From Candidatus Zixiibacteriota bacterium (lineage in GTDB: Bacteria > Zixibacteria > MSB-5A5 > GN15 > FEB-12): a stretch of 64,000 nucleotides of DNA. Made by a program: the position numbers and the translations under genes. Positions 9,943 through 20,933 of the stretch are shown here, piece after piece. Positions within the stretch are counted from its first letter, which is position 1, and the number at the start of each line of letters is the position of its first letter. Under the pieces are notes generated by a model. The model ran no database searches. It saw only the letters and a list, made by a program, of their open reading frames with translations, and was not told where the DNA came from. The stretch is from the NCBI GenBank assembly GCA_029860345.1, contig JAOUBJ010000001.1:195089-259088 (forward strand), given 5' to 3'.

Positions 9943-11952
9943 ATGAAAAAGCTCGTACTGGCCGCCGCGCTCGTTCTGCTATCGGCCTTTATCGTCGTTA
10001 CCGTATTAAGAAAAACGACTACGGATACATCCAACCTTGACAAGGCCGGAGATACCATGGGCTCCAAGGCCAAGTCCGAGATCGATGATTTCTGGGCGGC
10101 TTACAACCGGGGCGAAGAATTATTCAGGGCGGGGCAGTTTGATCGATCACTTGATTATTTCCAAAATGCAATCGGGATAGATTCCACCCATGAAAACTCC
10201 TGGTATCAACTGGCCAACGTCTATGCCGAGACCGGACGGTACAGCAAAGCGCTTGAATGTTTTGAACACTTGATCGAGATAAACCCGATGAGTTCCCGAG
10301 CCCATCGACGCGCCGGTCAGCTCCTGAGTCGCCCTCGTCCGGGCGCGTCCACCGATCAGGACCTCGCCAAGGCTCATTTTGAACAAGCCCAGATGCTCAA
10401 CCGCGCAGAATCCGGACCCCACTATTCGATGGGACGACTTCTTGCGGCCGGGGGCGAAGCCAAACCGGGACGTGAACTGTTGCAGAAAGCAGCGGCCACC
10501 AATCCGAGATTCGTCGAGGCCTTCAGGCTGCTCGGCTATACCGATTTACTGCATGGACGATACGCCCCGGCCATCAGTTCATACATTCGCGCCCTGCAGG
10601 CCGGTGGTGTAGAAGATGCACCTGGTGCGCAGCCGGGTGAGGGTGACACCAAACAGTCTCTCAGCCAACAAGGACCATACTCCGGCAAGAACATCGCCGC
10701 ACTCTATGGACTGGCCATTGCCGCTCAATCCGCCGGCGGATATACCAACGACATTCCTGCAAACTGTCAGGTGGAACTGCCGCCTGTCGATCGCAGACTG
10801 ACTCCTGTTAACGTCTCATGGACACCGAAACCGCCGACACCAGAAGCAACGACGTGGGCCGACTTGAACGGCGACGGCAAGCCGGAACTCATTACGACAG
10901 GAGCCGGTTCACCCCTGCAAATCTGGAAGCAGAACGACTTTCACTTCTCAGACATTAGCGCCGACTTTGGCCTGAACGGTACGACCTTCGGTAGTGATCT
11001 TGTGCTGGTAGATTTTGGTCAAGATAAGGACCTGGATATCTTGTTGATCATCGGCACCCGTTACGGTGTCCAACAGTTGACGCTTATGCAAAACGAGGGT
11101 GATCACTTTGTCGACGCCACCGAGGAGACCGGACTGTCGCAGATTCCAGCGTTCACAACTTTTGCTTGTGACGACTTTGATAATAATGGTTGGACTGATC
11201 TGATCATAATGTCTCCCACCCAGGACACCGGATCACGACTTTTGCTCTATACTGACTTCACCGAAAGCCTCCAGCAACAATGGAGCTGTAATCTGACCGG
11301 TCCGGGCTGGCCCATCGATATCACCGTCGGTGACTATGACAATGACGGCTACCGTGATTTGTATATTACCCGGTGGAAAAACCCCGGCCACCTGATGAGA
11401 AGTGTTCAGGGGCGGTCTTTTGACGACGTTACCGCTAAGTCGGGTCTGGCGGCTCATACTTTGTCGTTGGCCGCAGAGTTTATTGATTTTAACCACGACG
11501 ACCACCTCGATTTGTTTGTATCAGAAGTAGCGCCATACGGGGACGCTTTGCGCTCGGTCCTGGATTTGCCGGCGCTTTCTGCAGACTATCGTCCGACGCT
11601 TTACACTGGTCGGGCTGATGGAGTTTTTGAAACTATGCCCTTTGACAACGCACTTGGCCACCACTACGGAACCTTGAATGTACATGCCGTTGACTTCGAC
11701 GCCGATGGATACACCGACATCTATCTCACCAACGGAGGATTTGCCTTCGATCGTTTCGAGCCGGATGCGCTGTTGTTGAACAAGACCGGGAAACAGTTCG
11801 ACTGTTATTACGCTGAGCCCCGGCTCGGCAAGTCGTTGTCGGTGTCCTCGCATCCGTCGATGGGTGATGGCCGTCCGCCGGTCATGATCGCGCGCGGTGG
11901 ATTCCATCCGGGTCAGCCGGAGACAGCACCACAACTATTCAACCTAAAGTAA
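9943..11952 (+). CDS. TPR plus FG-GAP/VCBS repeat protein, membrane anchored
   Basis: 669 aa. Signal anchor, TPR-like helical repeats in the N-terminal half, and FG-GAP motifs in the C-terminal half (DLNGDGKPE, DFDNNGWTDL, DYDNDGYRDLYIT, DFDADGYTDIYL). Starts 6 nt after the previous gene. Confidence 0.75.
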   Translation: MKKLVLAAALVLLSAFIVVTVLRKTTTDTSNLDKAGDTMGSKAKSEIDDFWAAYNRGEELFRAGQFDRSLDYFQNAIGIDSTHENSWYQLANVYAETGRYSKALECFEHLIEINPMSSRAHRRAGQLLSRPRPGASTDQDLAKAHFEQAQMLNRAESGPHYSMGRLLAAGGEAKPGRELLQKAAATNPRFVEAFRLLGYTDLLHGRYAPAISSYIRALQAGGVEDAPGAQPGEGDTKQSLSQQGPYSGKNIAALYGLAIAAQSAGGYTNDIPANCQVELPPVDRRLTPVNVSWTPKPPTPEATTWADLNGDGKPELITTGAGSPLQIWKQNDFHFSDISADFGLNGTTFGSDLVLVDFGQDKDLDILLIIGTRYGVQQLTLMQNEGDHFVDATEETGLSQIPAFTTFACDDFDNNGWTDLIIMSPTQDTGSRLLLYTDFTESLQQQWSCNLTGPGWPIDITVGDYDNDGYRDLYITRWKNPGHLMRSVQGRSFDDVTAKSGLAAHTLSLAAEFIDFNHDDHLDLFVSEVAPYGDALRSVLDLPALSADYRPTLYTGRADGVFETMPFDNALGHHYGTLNVHAVDFDADGYTDIYLTNGGFAFDRFEPDALLLNKTGKQFDCYYAEPRLGKSLSVSSHPSMGDGRPPVMIARGGFHPGQPETAPQLFNLK

Positions 11953-11980
11953 ACCAGAACCCCACGGACGGGAGATACAA

Positions 11981-14900
11981 TTGGCCATTCGAACGAACAA
12001 TTTTCTGCCTGGACTTTCGTGCCTCGGTACACTGATGCTGGTATCGGCAGTAGTCACTGGTGCCGACAATCCCGACCTGATTCGCACCCGCAACCAGGGG
12101 GCGGCCTACTATGAGAATCAGGACTACCCGGACGCGGTGCCGCCGTTTGAGAGCTGCGTGGAGTTCGAGGACGCCGTGGCGGCAGATTGGATCAACCTCG
12201 GGCTGGCCTACTATCGAACCAAACAATGGGAAGAAGCCGTTGAGGCGCTTGAGACGGCGGACAGTGACGAGGATAGCTATCCGCATATCGCCTACGCACT
12301 CGGATTGATCCTCAAAAAGAACGATGCCTTCGAAGCAGCCGCAGAGCGATTTGAAAAAGTCGTCGCCCAGGACCCGGCCGAAGCGCCGGCCTATTACAGT
12401 CTGGGTGTCATGTACCAAAAACTGGGTCGTGATGATGATGCTGAGCGAGCCTTTCAAGCGGTCGTGCGCCATGATCCCCAACATGCCAGCGCCCACTACT
12501 ATTTGTTCAAGTATGCCAAAGCAGCCGGACGACGTGACGAAGCCAAACGAGAGATGCGAATCTTCAGCCGACTGCAACGTGAGATACCGGACAAACAACG
12601 CACCGAGGCCGTCTACGAAGAATCGCAATACCTCACGCCCATTATCCCACCCCACCAGAGTTTCATGCCCGCCGATAGCGACCATCGTGGCAGGATCAGG
12701 TTCGTGGATGTTACCAAAGAGGCGGGGCTGCATGGACCGTCACCGTTTGACACTGACTCATTAAATTACCCACAAGTCTATCAGATCAGTTCACTTGATG
12801 GTAGCACCTGCTTGGTTGACCTTGATGGCGACAATGATCTGGACTTGTACGTCGTTAGGTGCAGTGATGAGCGATCGCCTGGTAATAGGCTGTATCTAAA
12901 TGACGGATCCGGCCACTTCTCGGACGTCAGCTCCGGATCTGGGGCCGCCAACACAAGTTGCGGCCATTACGCGGTTGCAGGTGATATCGATAACAACGGT
13001 ACTGTTGATATTGTACTGTTCAATTACCGTGAGATCAAAGTGCTTAGCAACGATGGAACAGCTCACTTCACCGACCTGTCCGATCGAGCAGGTCTTAGAG
13101 ACTCCACTGTGGTCGGAGATGCCGAGTTGATAGACTACGACCACGACGGAGACCTGGACTTACTTATTGGTGTTTACGGATCACCGGGACAGTCACGCGA
13201 TGGCTGGATGATGTACGTCGACAAGCCGGAGGTTGGATTTGACCGATGGCGTGATCTTATGCCCGAGACAAATCGTATTTATCGCAATAACGGGGACGGC
13301 AGTTTTACAAAAGTCGAAGACAGCGTCTGGGGAAACGAAGTACAGGCATGGACTATCGATGTAGAGTGCGGTGACTTCGATAATGATGATGACACCGATT
13401 GGTTATCGGTCAATGTCAACGCTCCTTGTCAGCTTCACCTCAACCTACGGCAGGGGCAATTCGCTACTTCCGAACCACTCGGCGAGGAGGGCGCGGAAAG
13501 GGGGACGGCCTGCGACTTTGACAACGATGGCGACCTGGATGTTCTTCTTGTCAGGGCAAAAGGCGCACACCTTTACTTGAACAGCGGTGATGCAACTTTC
13601 ACAGAGAAGCGTTTGCCGATCCTTACAAAAGCAGTCACCGACGCCAACATTTCCGCGGTTCGGCCGTTTGACTTCGATAACGACGGGCTTATCGACATCA
13701 CTATGACATACGATAAGGGCGACCCGAGTTTTCATGTCAACCTTGGCCAGAACGAGTTTCAGCTTCTCACTAACGGGCCGGCACTAACCACCGCTTTTTC
13801 AGCTTGGGAACCCGATCATCTTACCGTTGGAGACATCGATAACGATGGTGACCTGGATTTGGTTGGACACAACAACCGTATCCTGCCCTTCATTCTCGAA
13901 AACCGGGGTGGCGAAAGCGCCAACTGGCTCAAAGTGCAGCCGGTGGGAATACGGGTGCCAAAGCAGGGCATCGGCGCCAAACTTGAAATCAAAGCCGGAC
14001 CCTACTACCAACGCCGAGACGTTCACCAATGGCCGGTGCATTTTGGACTCGGCGAGGTGGACAAAATCGACGTGCTGCGCATCACCTGGACCAACGGAAT
14101 CGTGCAAAACATGGTCGACGTGCCCACCAACGAAATCTACAAGGTCGAAGAAATCGTCCGCACCGACGCATCGTGCCCCTTCCTGTTCACGTTCGACGGT
14201 GAAAAGTTTAACTACATTAATGACATCCTCGGCGTGTCGGCGATGGGCGTGCCGCTTGACGAAGGGTTCTATCACCACCCCGACCCGGATGAGTATGTCC
14301 GTATCGATGGCACCATGCTCGCGCCTTTCGACGGTCGTTACCTGCTCAGGCTGGCCGCCGAATTGAAAGAGACAGTTTACCTCGACCAGGTGAAACTCAT
14401 TGCCGTAGATCATCCATCGAACGTCGACGTCTACCCCAACGAACGGTTCAGCGAGCCGCCGTTTATGGAACCCGGCTTGCACACCGTGAAAGAAAGACGT
14501 CACCCTGTTGCAGCCACCGACTACCAAGGCAACAACATCCTGCCGCTTATTGAGAAAACCGACCACAGGTATCCGTCTAACATTCCAATGAGCAGCTATG
14601 ACGGATTGGCCCAACGGCACTGGTTCGAATTCGATCTCGGTGACCTGCGCGGGCATGAGACGATCACGATGTTTCTCACCGGATGGATCTACTGGTCGTC
14701 GGCCTCGGCCAATGTAGCTATCTCGCAGAACCGTCAGGTTGGTTTTGAAGTTGTCAGCCTGAGTGTCCCGGATGCCGACGGTGAATGGATCACGGTAATC
14801 GACGACATCGGCCTGCCAAACGGCAAGAACTCCACTATTCCGGTGCATCTGTCGGGACTCTTTCCCTCTGATGACTTTCGCGTCCGCTTGACCACTAACC

Positions 14901-15430
14901 TGGTCGTTTACTGGGATGAAGTTTTTTTCACGGTGGGGACCGAAAGCTATCCCGCCGATCAGATCGAATGTAGACTATCGACAGCCGATCTTCACTATCG
15001 CGGTTTCTCGAACATGCGACAAGACTCGCTGGGTATGGAGTTTTTTGATTACGCCGCAGTCAACAAGATGGGACCCTGGCGCCAGCACTCAGGGCGATAC
15101 ACACGCTACGGCGAGGTCTCGGAACTTCTCACCGAACCGGATGATCGCTATGTCATCTATGGACCGGGTGAGGAGATATCTTTCGAGTTTGAAGCGCCAC
15201 CCCTTCCGAAAGACGGCTGGCGGCGCGACTTTTTTCTGTATGCCTTCGGTTGGATCAAGGACGGCGATCCCAACACCGTCCATTCGGTGACTGTCGGACC
15301 GCTGCCGTTTATCGATATGCCCGGCTACCCGTATGACTCCAGCCTCTCCGGGCGGGCCGATGAAATCGCCGGCGACCTCGCCGACTGGTTGACCAGAGAA
15401 CAGGTCCGCACCGTGAGACCGTTGCGTTGA
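11981..15430 (+). CDS. Large TPR + FG-GAP + ASPIC/UnbV protein with a ~430-aa unassigned C-terminal extension
   Basis: 1149 aa. TTG start with GGGAGA RBS. N-terminal TPRs, several DxDxDGDLD FG-GAP motifs, an UnbV-like block (NWLKVQPVG...GIGAKLEIK...HFGLGE...ITWTNG), then a long unassigned C-terminus. Confidence 0.75.
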   Translation: MAIRTNNFLPGLSCLGTLMLVSAVVTGADNPDLIRTRNQGAAYYENQDYPDAVPPFESCVEFEDAVAADWINLGLAYYRTKQWEEAVEALETADSDEDSYPHIAYALGLILKKNDAFEAAAERFEKVVAQDPAEAPAYYSLGVMYQKLGRDDDAERAFQAVVRHDPQHASAHYYLFKYAKAAGRRDEAKREMRIFSRLQREIPDKQRTEAVYEESQYLTPIIPPHQSFMPADSDHRGRIRFVDVTKEAGLHGPSPFDTDSLNYPQVYQISSLDGSTCLVDLDGDNDLDLYVVRCSDERSPGNRLYLNDGSGHFSDVSSGSGAANTSCGHYAVAGDIDNNGTVDIVLFNYREIKVLSNDGTAHFTDLSDRAGLRDSTVVGDAELIDYDHDGDLDLLIGVYGSPGQSRDGWMMYVDKPEVGFDRWRDLMPETNRIYRNNGDGSFTKVEDSVWGNEVQAWTIDVECGDFDNDDDTDWLSVNVNAPCQLHLNLRQGQFATSEPLGEEGAERGTACDFDNDGDLDVLLVRAKGAHLYLNSGDATFTEKRLPILTKAVTDANISAVRPFDFDNDGLIDITMTYDKGDPSFHVNLGQNEFQLLTNGPALTTAFSAWEPDHLTVGDIDNDGDLDLVGHNNRILPFILENRGGESANWLKVQPVGIRVPKQGIGAKLEIKAGPYYQRRDVHQWPVHFGLGEVDKIDVLRITWTNGIVQNMVDVPTNEIYKVEEIVRTDASCPFLFTFDGEKFNYINDILGVSAMGVPLDEGFYHHPDPDEYVRIDGTMLAPFDGRYLLRLAAELKETVYLDQVKLIAVDHPSNVDVYPNERFSEPPFMEPGLHTVKERRHPVAATDYQGNNILPLIEKTDHRYPSNIPMSSYDGLAQRHWFEFDLGDLRGHETITMFLTGWIYWSSASANVAISQNRQVGFEVVSLSVPDADGEWITVIDDIGLPNGKNSTIPVHLSGLFPSDDFRVRLTTNLVVYWDEVFFTVGTESYPADQIECRLSTADLHYRGFSNMRQDSLGMEFFDYAAVNKMGPWRQHSGRYTRYGEVSELLTEPDDRYVIYGPGEEISFEFEAPPLPKDGWRRDFFLYAFGWIKDGDPNTVHSVTVGPLPFIDMPGYPYDSSLSGRADEIAGDLADWLTREQVRTVRPLR

Positions 15431-15454
15431 TAGGTTCCCCAAACGAAAGGACCG

Positions 15455-16387
15455 TTGCTTGTGACCAACTCGGATGACAACCTGCGCTACTATGCCGCTG
15501 CCTGCCAGACAGATTTCGCCTGCCCCGACACGCGCAAAGGTATCAAAGCCAACGTAGATCAGATGTTGCGCATGATTGACTGGACGGTGGAGGGCTACGG
15601 GCCGTTCTTCAACGTGAAGCTGCTGGTCTTCCCGGAGTTTGCCCACACCGCACCGGTTTATGATTCGGTCGACGAGTTACGTCGTAAGCTGACGGTGGAG
15701 ATACCGAACGAACATACCGAACGCTACTGCCAGACGGCCAGGAAACTCAACCTGTTTATTCAAACCGGGACCTTCCTCGAAGAAGACCCGGCCTTTCCCA
15801 ACACGGTCTTCAACACCACCTGTTTGATAGGACCCGACGGCATACTGTCCAGGTATCGCAAGGTCAATCCCTGGCTGCCGTGGGAGCTTCACACCAGCCC
15901 GGCCGACATTGAGGAGTACGAGCCCGACCTGTTCCCGGTGGTTCAAACCGAGATCGGTAACCTGGGGGTGGCTATTTGCTATGACTGGCTGTTTCCGGAA
16001 ACGCTCAGGCAACTCAGGCTGCGTGGGGCCGAGGTGCTCATCAGGGTCTCGGCTTACATGGATCCCTGGGGCGCCACCGAGCCGATGGATTGGTGGACGG
16101 TGGTCAACAGGTGTCGTGCTTTGGAGAACACTTCCTACGTCGTTGCCTCCAACCAGGCCGCGTCGATCAGGAACTACCCACCCTTTTCATGGCCGGGCGG
16201 CAGTATGGTAGTCGATTACGATGGTCGTATTCTGGCTCAGGCTGATCCCGGACCGTTTGAGAAAGTTGTGGTCGCACCGATTGACATTGCCGCCCTGCGG
16301 CACACCCGCAAGACTCGAAAGGGACATGATTTCTTGTCGCATCGTCACGCCCGCGCCTACCGGATGACTGAACCCGGCAGGGAGTAA
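15455..16387 (+). CDS. Carbon-nitrogen hydrolase (nitrilase superfamily; aliphatic amidase/formamidase-like)
   Basis: 310 aa. Catalytic-triad context: VFPEF (Glu), RKVNPW (Lys), VAICYDWLFPE (Cys). Confidence 0.75.
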   Translation: MLVTNSDDNLRYYAAACQTDFACPDTRKGIKANVDQMLRMIDWTVEGYGPFFNVKLLVFPEFAHTAPVYDSVDELRRKLTVEIPNEHTERYCQTARKLNLFIQTGTFLEEDPAFPNTVFNTTCLIGPDGILSRYRKVNPWLPWELHTSPADIEEYEPDLFPVVQTEIGNLGVAICYDWLFPETLRQLRLRGAEVLIRVSAYMDPWGATEPMDWWTVVNRCRALENTSYVVASNQAASIRNYPPFSWPGGSMVVDYDGRILAQADPGPFEKVVVAPIDIAALRHTRKTRKGHDFLSHRHARAYRMTEPGRE

Positions 16388-16424
16388 ACTTGGAGTCGGC
16401 GCATGCAAGGGACGACAAGATCCG

Positions 16425-18767
16425 TCACTTCTTCTGCTGAAAAACGAATCGCGGCCTGCACACCGCGACAATAGCCGGTAATACTGTCACGCTGACAACA
16501 AAGCTGACCAGCATAGCAATGGCGATCAACAGACCAAACCGCACCAACGTGCTGAACTCAGAGACTGCCAACAGCAAGAAACCCAAGGCCACTACAAAGG
16601 CAGTGAAAAAGAGTGCACGACCGGTGAAGGCAAGGGCACGTTGTATGGCGCCGGCGTCATCATCGGTATGTGCGCCGGCTTCAAGGCGCAGACGATCCAG
16701 CAGGTGTATCGGGAAATTCACGCCCGCTCCGATGGCGATAGATGCGAACATTGATGTACCTACGCCCAAGCCGATGCCACCGATACCCATTACAGCATAG
16801 TTGACCAACACCGCCACCGCCACGGTGAATGTACACAGCAATCCGGCGACCATCGAACGGAACATTAGCCCGGTCAACAGCAATACGCACAGGATAGAGA
16901 ACAGCACGCTGCGTATGTGGGTCTGACGCACCAACCCCAACCAGTGGTAATCGAGATTGGCCCGGCCGGCCAGTCTGATCGTGAGCGCGCCGTCACTGAA
17001 GGTGCTGTCGATGAACCCCTGAAGCGCCGTAATGGTCTCACGCTGATGAACGTACTCACTTGAGGTCATGCGAACGATCAGGTTGGCCGAGCCGTAGTCG
17101 GCGTCTACCACTTCACTGAGCAGGCGCGACATAGGCGAACTTGGCGCCCTCAGCACGTCGAGATAGAAACCGGTCACCCCTGGGTCGTCAGGGATAGCAA
17201 AGAAGTCCGGATCGTCCCGATTCATTTTCTGATGAGCGCGCTTGACCCAACCGACCAGCGAGTGGGTCCCACCCACGAAGGGCAGTTGCTCGGTGAACTC
17301 TTCCAACCGAGCGATCTTCTTTAGCGTCTGGGCCTCCAGCATGTATCGAGGTTCAGCGGATGACAGAACTATATTGAGCTGATTGGTACCATCGAATCGT
17401 TCATTGAACGCATTGGTCGCCTGAACCATCGGATGGTCGTCCTTAAAAGCCAGCAAGCGTGAATCATTGACGACCAACTTAAGCGATCCAAGGAAGGCTC
17501 CTCCTATCAATGCAACCCCGACCACCAAAACGACCTTTCGCCTGCGATGAATCAGCGTACCCAGAACCGACATGAACCTCCCAAGTCGATCCAGAGCGGC
17601 AACACCTTCAGCGTGCGATGCTCTTGAGGTAAAGGCGCCACTGGACTTCAAAGGCAGGATGGCCAATCCGGCCGGTATCACGGTGAACGAATATATCAAC
17701 GCACCGGCGACACCGAAACAGGTGAACAATCCAAAAAAGCGTATGGGCGGCATAACTCCGGTTATGTACAGTGCCAGGAATCCGGCGATGTCGGTCAGAG
17801 ATGTTATCAGAACCGGATACCAAAGGGCCATACAGGCATCGACAACAATCGTGCGTGTATCTCGACCGCGCATGGCCAATTGTTCCTCGTAATACTGACC
17901 GACAAGATGCAGCGAATCGGCCACCCCCAGAGCCATTATGATCACAAAGATACCATTGGTGACGATAAAGACCGGTACGCCAAACACCGACATCAACCCC
18001 AGCGCCATAGCCGACGCCCCGCCAATTACACAAAGCGGCAAAACCGTTCCACGCAGCGTTCGGTAGGCCAGAATAATCAAAAGAGCCATCACGATCGGAC
18101 AAACGAAGTTCATACGTAGCGCGTCGTCGGACACCGCGGTGCCCATATAGGCCCGCACTGCCGGTTCACCGGTGACGATCAGCTGTTCATCGGTCGTTGG
18201 AAAACCGTCCAGGAGAAGACTCAGACGATGGTACAACGCTTCAGCCTGGGCGTCATCATCGACTGCGATGATGATTGCGCCGGCGGAACCGTCAGCTGCC
18301 ACCAACGTCCCCCGATACAATTCGTATGACAGGATGTCGTTTTTCAGAGAGTCCAGCCCGGCTCTTGTTTCCGGCGTATCTCCCAGTAGTAGATCGAATC
18401 CCGGTTCACCATCCTCATCAAAGTAGACGCCGGATTCCGTGGCCAGACTCATGACATCGGATGAATCTATCTGCGGCAACTTTTGGATGGCCACGGTCAG
18501 GTCACGAATCAACGATATCGTCGACTCGGTAAAGATGCCATGTTTGGCGTCGCGGATGATGCCGACCACCAGTGGCTCGTTCAGATCAAAACGGTGATCG
18601 ACTTCCAATTTTGCGAGTAAGGCGGGATGATCGGCTGGAATGAATGTGTCGGGATGCGTCTCGCGCGTTAGCCCGAACATGTACAACCCAAGCACACCAG
18701 CAATCAATGCCACCACGGCCAGGACCGGGTAAGGATGCTTGGTTACAAACTCAAAGTATCGTCGCAT
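16425..18767 (-). CDS. MMPL/RND-superfamily membrane transporter (exporter)
   Basis: The track ORF is 831 aa starting at 18920. I place the start at ATG 18767 (MRRYFEFVTKHPYPVLAV...), which removes the overlap with the upstream TPR gene ending at 18796. Architecture is two blocks of ~6 TM helices separated by soluble domains, typical of MMPL/HpnN-like proteins. Confidence 0.75.
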   Translation of the reverse strand: MRRYFEFVTKHPYPVLAVVALIAGVLGLYMFGLTRETHPDTFIPADHPALLAKLEVDHRFDLNEPLVVGIIRDAKHGIFTESTISLIRDLTVAIQKLPQIDSSDVMSLATESGVYFDEDGEPGFDLLLGDTPETRAGLDSLKNDILSYELYRGTLVAADGSAGAIIIAVDDDAQAEALYHRLSLLLDGFPTTDEQLIVTGEPAVRAYMGTAVSDDALRMNFVCPIVMALLIILAYRTLRGTVLPLCVIGGASAMALGLMSVFGVPVFIVTNGIFVIIMALGVADSLHLVGQYYEEQLAMRGRDTRTIVVDACMALWYPVLITSLTDIAGFLALYITGVMPPIRFFGLFTCFGVAGALIYSFTVIPAGLAILPLKSSGAFTSRASHAEGVAALDRLGRFMSVLGTLIHRRRKVVLVVGVALIGGAFLGSLKLVVNDSRLLAFKDDHPMVQATNAFNERFDGTNQLNIVLSSAEPRYMLEAQTLKKIARLEEFTEQLPFVGGTHSLVGWVKRAHQKMNRDDPDFFAIPDDPGVTGFYLDVLRAPSSPMSRLLSEVVDADYGSANLIVRMTSSEYVHQRETITALQGFIDSTFSDGALTIRLAGRANLDYHWLGLVRQTHIRSVLFSILCVLLLTGLMFRSMVAGLLCTFTVAVAVLVNYAVMGIGGIGLGVGTSMFASIAIGAGVNFPIHLLDRLRLEAGAHTDDDAGAIQRALAFTGRALFFTAFVVALGFLLLAVSEFSTLVRFGLLIAIAMLVSFVVSVTVLPAIVAVCRPRFVFQQKK

Positions 18768-18795
18768 GGTACTGTATTGTTCACCAGAATTCCAT

Positions 18796-20001
18796 TCATG
18801 GCATATTGAGAGCCTGTCTGGCCGGCCAGCAAGTGGGGTCCAACTCAAGCGCCCGCTCGGCGTGTTTCTTGAAATCCTTCTGTTTGCCCGGAAGCTGCCG
18901 GAAGAAACCGGACAGAACATAATGGGTCCGCGCCCGCAGTGGTCGATGTGAGTAAATGCCCCTGAGCAAGTGTGGATTGGCCCAGCAAGGATCGTACTGG
19001 ATGCATGGTTCGCTTTTTAGATAGGTCTTAACACTCTCTATGACATCGTCGCTTGGTTCATAAGTCTTCGTGGGCAACCCAACGACCGACAATAGTTCGA
19101 GTTCCGGGCATTCACCTGTGACGTCCTCAAGAGTGGCTATCAAACTATCACTAGTTGCAAAGTTCCCCACTCCCAAATGATACTCCGCCAGGAAAAACAG
19201 CGCCTCGATGTCCTTCGGATTGTTGTCCAGTATTGAACGATAAACGCCGGACGCATCATGTGTCATGAAACGGAGCCAGGCCAGATTCAGCCTGGCCTCC
19301 CGAATACCGCTCTTGCCCGTTTCGGCAAGCACCGAATCCGCCTTACTGCGATCTCCCATTCGCACATAGAGCCCGGCCAGCCGCAGTTGTGCGAGTACGT
19401 TTGTGGAATCAAAGGCAACGGCCTTCAGCAACGCCGTCTTCGCTTTCGAAGTATCTTCATCCTTGTATTCATAAATAAACGCCGCTGCAAGATGCCCACG
19501 CACCGAGTCGTGTTGCATGATAAAACCAACCTGCTCCCACGCCGTCTTCAGGCTACCGCCCGCCACACCGGGAGCACGCACATGAAACTCGATCAGTCCT
19601 TCGCGTGCGTCGAGACTTGAGGAGTCCAGATAGATAGCACGTTCAAACGCCTTCTTACATCTGCGAGCGTTCATCAGCTTGGACCCAAACCACCCGCTCT
19701 GTGTTTTCTCACTATAGGCAACGCCCAACCACAGTTGACAAACCGATGCATCCGGTTCCATCTCAACCGCCTTTTTGGCAAACTTGACGGCGTCGTCGAA
19801 CTTGTCGTTGGCGTAGGCACGGCGGCACGATTCAAGAAAGGCTCGGGCGTCCGGTGACATCGATGTGTCGCCCGCTAACGAATGGACAAAAGCGAGGGTG
19901 ACAAGGCAGACCAACACGGTGGCTCGTGATCCGGTTCGCACTATTCCCCCTGGTATCCATCGCCCCAAGCAACCGTCTGTAGTGCTCCATTTTCTGACCA
20001 T
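18796..20001 (-). CDS. TPR-like repeat protein, secreted
   Basis: Track start is 20037. ATG 20001 gives a signal peptide (ATVLVCLVTLAFVHSLAG) and avoids overlap with the gene ending at 20016. Helical repeat composition. Confidence 0.55.
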   Translation of the reverse strand: MVRKWSTTDGCLGRWIPGGIVRTGSRATVLVCLVTLAFVHSLAGDTSMSPDARAFLESCRRAYANDKFDDAVKFAKKAVEMEPDASVCQLWLGVAYSEKTQSGWFGSKLMNARRCKKAFERAIYLDSSSLDAREGLIEFHVRAPGVAGGSLKTAWEQVGFIMQHDSVRGHLAAAFIYEYKDEDTSKAKTALLKAVAFDSTNVLAQLRLAGLYVRMGDRSKADSVLAETGKSGIREARLNLAWLRFMTHDASGVYRSILDNNPKDIEALFFLAEYHLGVGNFATSDSLIATLEDVTGECPELELLSVVGLPTKTYEPSDDVIESVKTYLKSEPCIQYDPCWANPHLLRGIYSHRPLRARTHYVLSGFFRQLPGKQKDFKKHAERALELDPTCWPARQALNMP

Positions 20002-20015
20002 TATTTCGGTCTGGC

Positions 20016-20933
20016 CTACTCTGCCCAGATCATCCACATGTCGGTGTCGATCGGCTTTTTCAGAGAACGGGTGACTTTCACAAACTTCTCAAGTTCCTCA
20101 TCATCGATGAAGCTCAGCCGCTTGCGCAGCTTGGCGCTTCTGGGAAAAAGCTCCGCCCCCTGCTGCCACACCCGGCGTGCCTCGGCGTGTTTGAGATCCT
20201 TCACGTAGGCATCACCTAAACCGATGTAGGTGAGTTCGAAATAGGCTTTAGGTTGGGACAGATTAAGTTCATTTTGCAGTTTTAGGGCTTGCTTGAAATC
20301 GGCGATCGATTCCGGCGCGTGTCGCATCATGCGCGGCCAATGCAGGTGATTCATGCCGCGACCGTACCAACCACCCCAGTAGGTGGAGTCCTGTTCAATA
20401 ATCAGAGTAAGCTGATCCATCGAGAGGTTCGACTGCTGTCCCTGCTGAACCATACCAAGCGTGTACCACGGCATTTTGTCGACATAAGCCAGAGCCAGAT
20501 GAAATCGAGCGTTTATGGATGTGTGGTTGCGCTCGACAAGGCCCTCGAGGAACTCAATACAGCGATCAAACTCATGCCACCAAATGCAGGCCAGTCGGTA
20601 ACTGTTGCCATGGATAGGCGCGCCCGGGTTAAGCTCCAGAGCAGCCTCAAAATGGTTCAGGGCCGATTCCCGTTCATCCTGCCGCGACAACAACACAGCC
20701 AGCTGGTAGTGCGTGACATCGTCCCCCGGATACTCGGACAACAGTTCCTTAAGCTCTTTTATGGCCATTTCCTCTTCGCTCAGACGTGTTCGTTGAGCCA
20801 TCAGAGGTGAGACCGCGAGACACAGCAGAACCAAAAGAGACACTGGTATCTGGGCGAACTTGCATCTATTTCGCAAGGTTGTTCTCCTCTTCCAGGGTAA
20901 AATCGTATACACCGCCGACCGGACCAACTTCAA
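20016..20933 (-). CDS. TPR-like repeat protein, secreted
   Basis: 305 aa. TTG start overlaps the upstream stop (TTGA). Signal peptide IPVSLLVLLCLAVSPLMA. TPR-like helices (HYQLAVLL, ALNHFEAALELNP). Confidence 0.55.
   Translation of the reverse strand: MKLVRSAVYTILPWKRRTTLRNRCKFAQIPVSLLVLLCLAVSPLMAQRTRLSEEEMAIKELKELLSEYPGDDVTHYQLAVLLSRQDERESALNHFEAALELNPGAPIHGNSYRLACIWWHEFDRCIEFLEGLVERNHTSINARFHLALAYVDKMPWYTLGMVQQGQQSNLSMDQLTLIIEQDSTYWGGWYGRGMNHLHWPRMMRHAPESIADFKQALKLQNELNLSQPKAYFELTYIGLGDAYVKDLKHAEARRVWQQGAELFPRSAKLRKRLSFIDDEELEKFVKVTRSLKKPIDTDMWMIWAE

Noticed and set aside
11939-14848. Minus-strand ORFs of 264 aa (11939-12733) and 349 aa (13799-14848) inside the 1149-aa gene; similar cases at 40906-41673, 47177-47986, 59014-59742 and 61740-62621
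   Set aside because: All lie antisense within long genes that have clear domain content. None has its own recognisable motifs, RBS or sensible boundaries.
18768-18920. N-terminal 51-codon extension of the MMPL ORF
   Set aside because: It would overlap the upstream TPR gene by 125 nt and adds a non-hydrophobic Arg/Ser-rich leader. ATG 18767 starts the conserved-looking MRRYFEFV... N-terminus 29 nt after the TPR stop.
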